The position numbers were made by a program, and so were the translations under genes. DNA of 64,000 nucleotides from Octopus sinensis (taxonomy: Eukaryota): assembly GCF_006345805.1 (NCBI RefSeq), contig NC_042999.1, positions 123,566,001 through 123,630,000 on the forward strand, given 5' to 3'. Numbering within the stretch: position 1 is the first letter of the stretch; each line of letters starts with the position of its first letter. Of the stretch, positions 63,258 through 64,000 are shown piece after piece. The notes under the pieces were generated by a model that worked only from the letters and a program-made list of their open reading frames with translations, ran no database searches and was not told the DNA's origin.

Positions 63258-64000
63258 CATAGTCCTCCAGGCAATAGCAGAGGAATTAAAGACAGGATGC
63301 CCCTGCAAGCTTCTCTATGCTGATGACCTTGCTCTAATTGCTGAGTCACTATCAGAACTAGAGAAGTTTCAGGTATGGAAATAAGGATTAGAATCGAAGG
63401 GCCTTAGAGTCAACCTAACAAAAACCAAAGTCTTAATAAGTAGGAAGGCAGGCAAAACACAAATCTCTTCAGGTAGATGGCCCTGCTCAATCTGTAGAAA
63501 AGGCATAGGTAGAAACTCCATAAGATGTACCCAGGATAAGCTATAGACACATATTAAAGGAAGGATAATTGGGAAGATAGTTTTTGTGTGTGCCAAATGC
63601 TCAGGAGCAATAAACACTGAAAATGTGCAGAGAACAGCTTCCACCACATTCCTGGGGGAAAAACTACACGAGGTTGATAGCTTCTGTTACCTAGAGTCAG
63701 TAGTAGGGGTGGATGCTCTGAAAGTGTAACAGCTAGAATAAGGATGGCCTGGGCAAAGTTCAGAGAGCTCCTACCTGTGCTGGTGACAAAAGGCCTCTCA
63801 CTCAGAATAAAAGGTAGACTGTATGATACATGTGTGCAAACAGCCATGCTACATGGCAGTGAAACATGGGATGAGACTGCTGAGGACATGCATAAGCTTG
63901 CAAGGAATGAAGCCAGTATGTTCTGTTGGAAGTGTAATGTCAGTGTGCATACATGAAAAAGTGTAATAAGCACCCTGAGAGAAAAGCTGGACTTAAGAAG
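63258..64000 (+). pseudogene. RTE LINE RT remnant running off the window end
   Basis: IVLQAIAEELKTGCPCKLLYADDLALIAESLSEL...GLRVNLTKTKVL...AWAKFRELLPVLVTKGLSLRIKGRLYDTCVQTAMLHGSETW. Confidence 0.93.

Overview
Strongly AT-rich animal genomic DNA with many microsatellites. The repeat families (tRNA-headed SINEs, RTE LINE tails ending in (GAT)n, Tc1/mariner, hAT and TTAA MITEs) suggest a coleoid cephalopod, probably Octopus; this is an inference, not a database result. I see no complete protein-coding gene, rRNA, tRNA gene or CRISPR array. The window is intronic or intergenic, with two weak minus-strand exon candidates. Decayed elements include RTE LINEs, an R4/Dong-like remnant, mariner DD34D, Tc1-like and DD41D transposase remnants, a 144-bp solo-LTR-like insert, and a Penelope-like element (RT + GIY-YIG, 58.2-59.6 kb). 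The most notable signal is a short non-autonomous retroelement built as tRNA-like head, (AAT)n spacer, minimal type I hammerhead ribozyme, then a 35-nt 3' tail. It occurs once as a solo copy with an intact ribozyme core (1699-1742). It also occurs twice as head-to-head inverted dimers, each bounded by its own 11-13 bp target-site duplication (23.4-23.8 kb and 30.6-31.2 kb). This looks like a SINE mobilised by Penelope-type machinery. Four more hammerhead-like folds of different sequence are present, one with an intact core beside the Penelope remnant. Coordinates of decayed repeats are approximate. All alignments and folds were done by eye.
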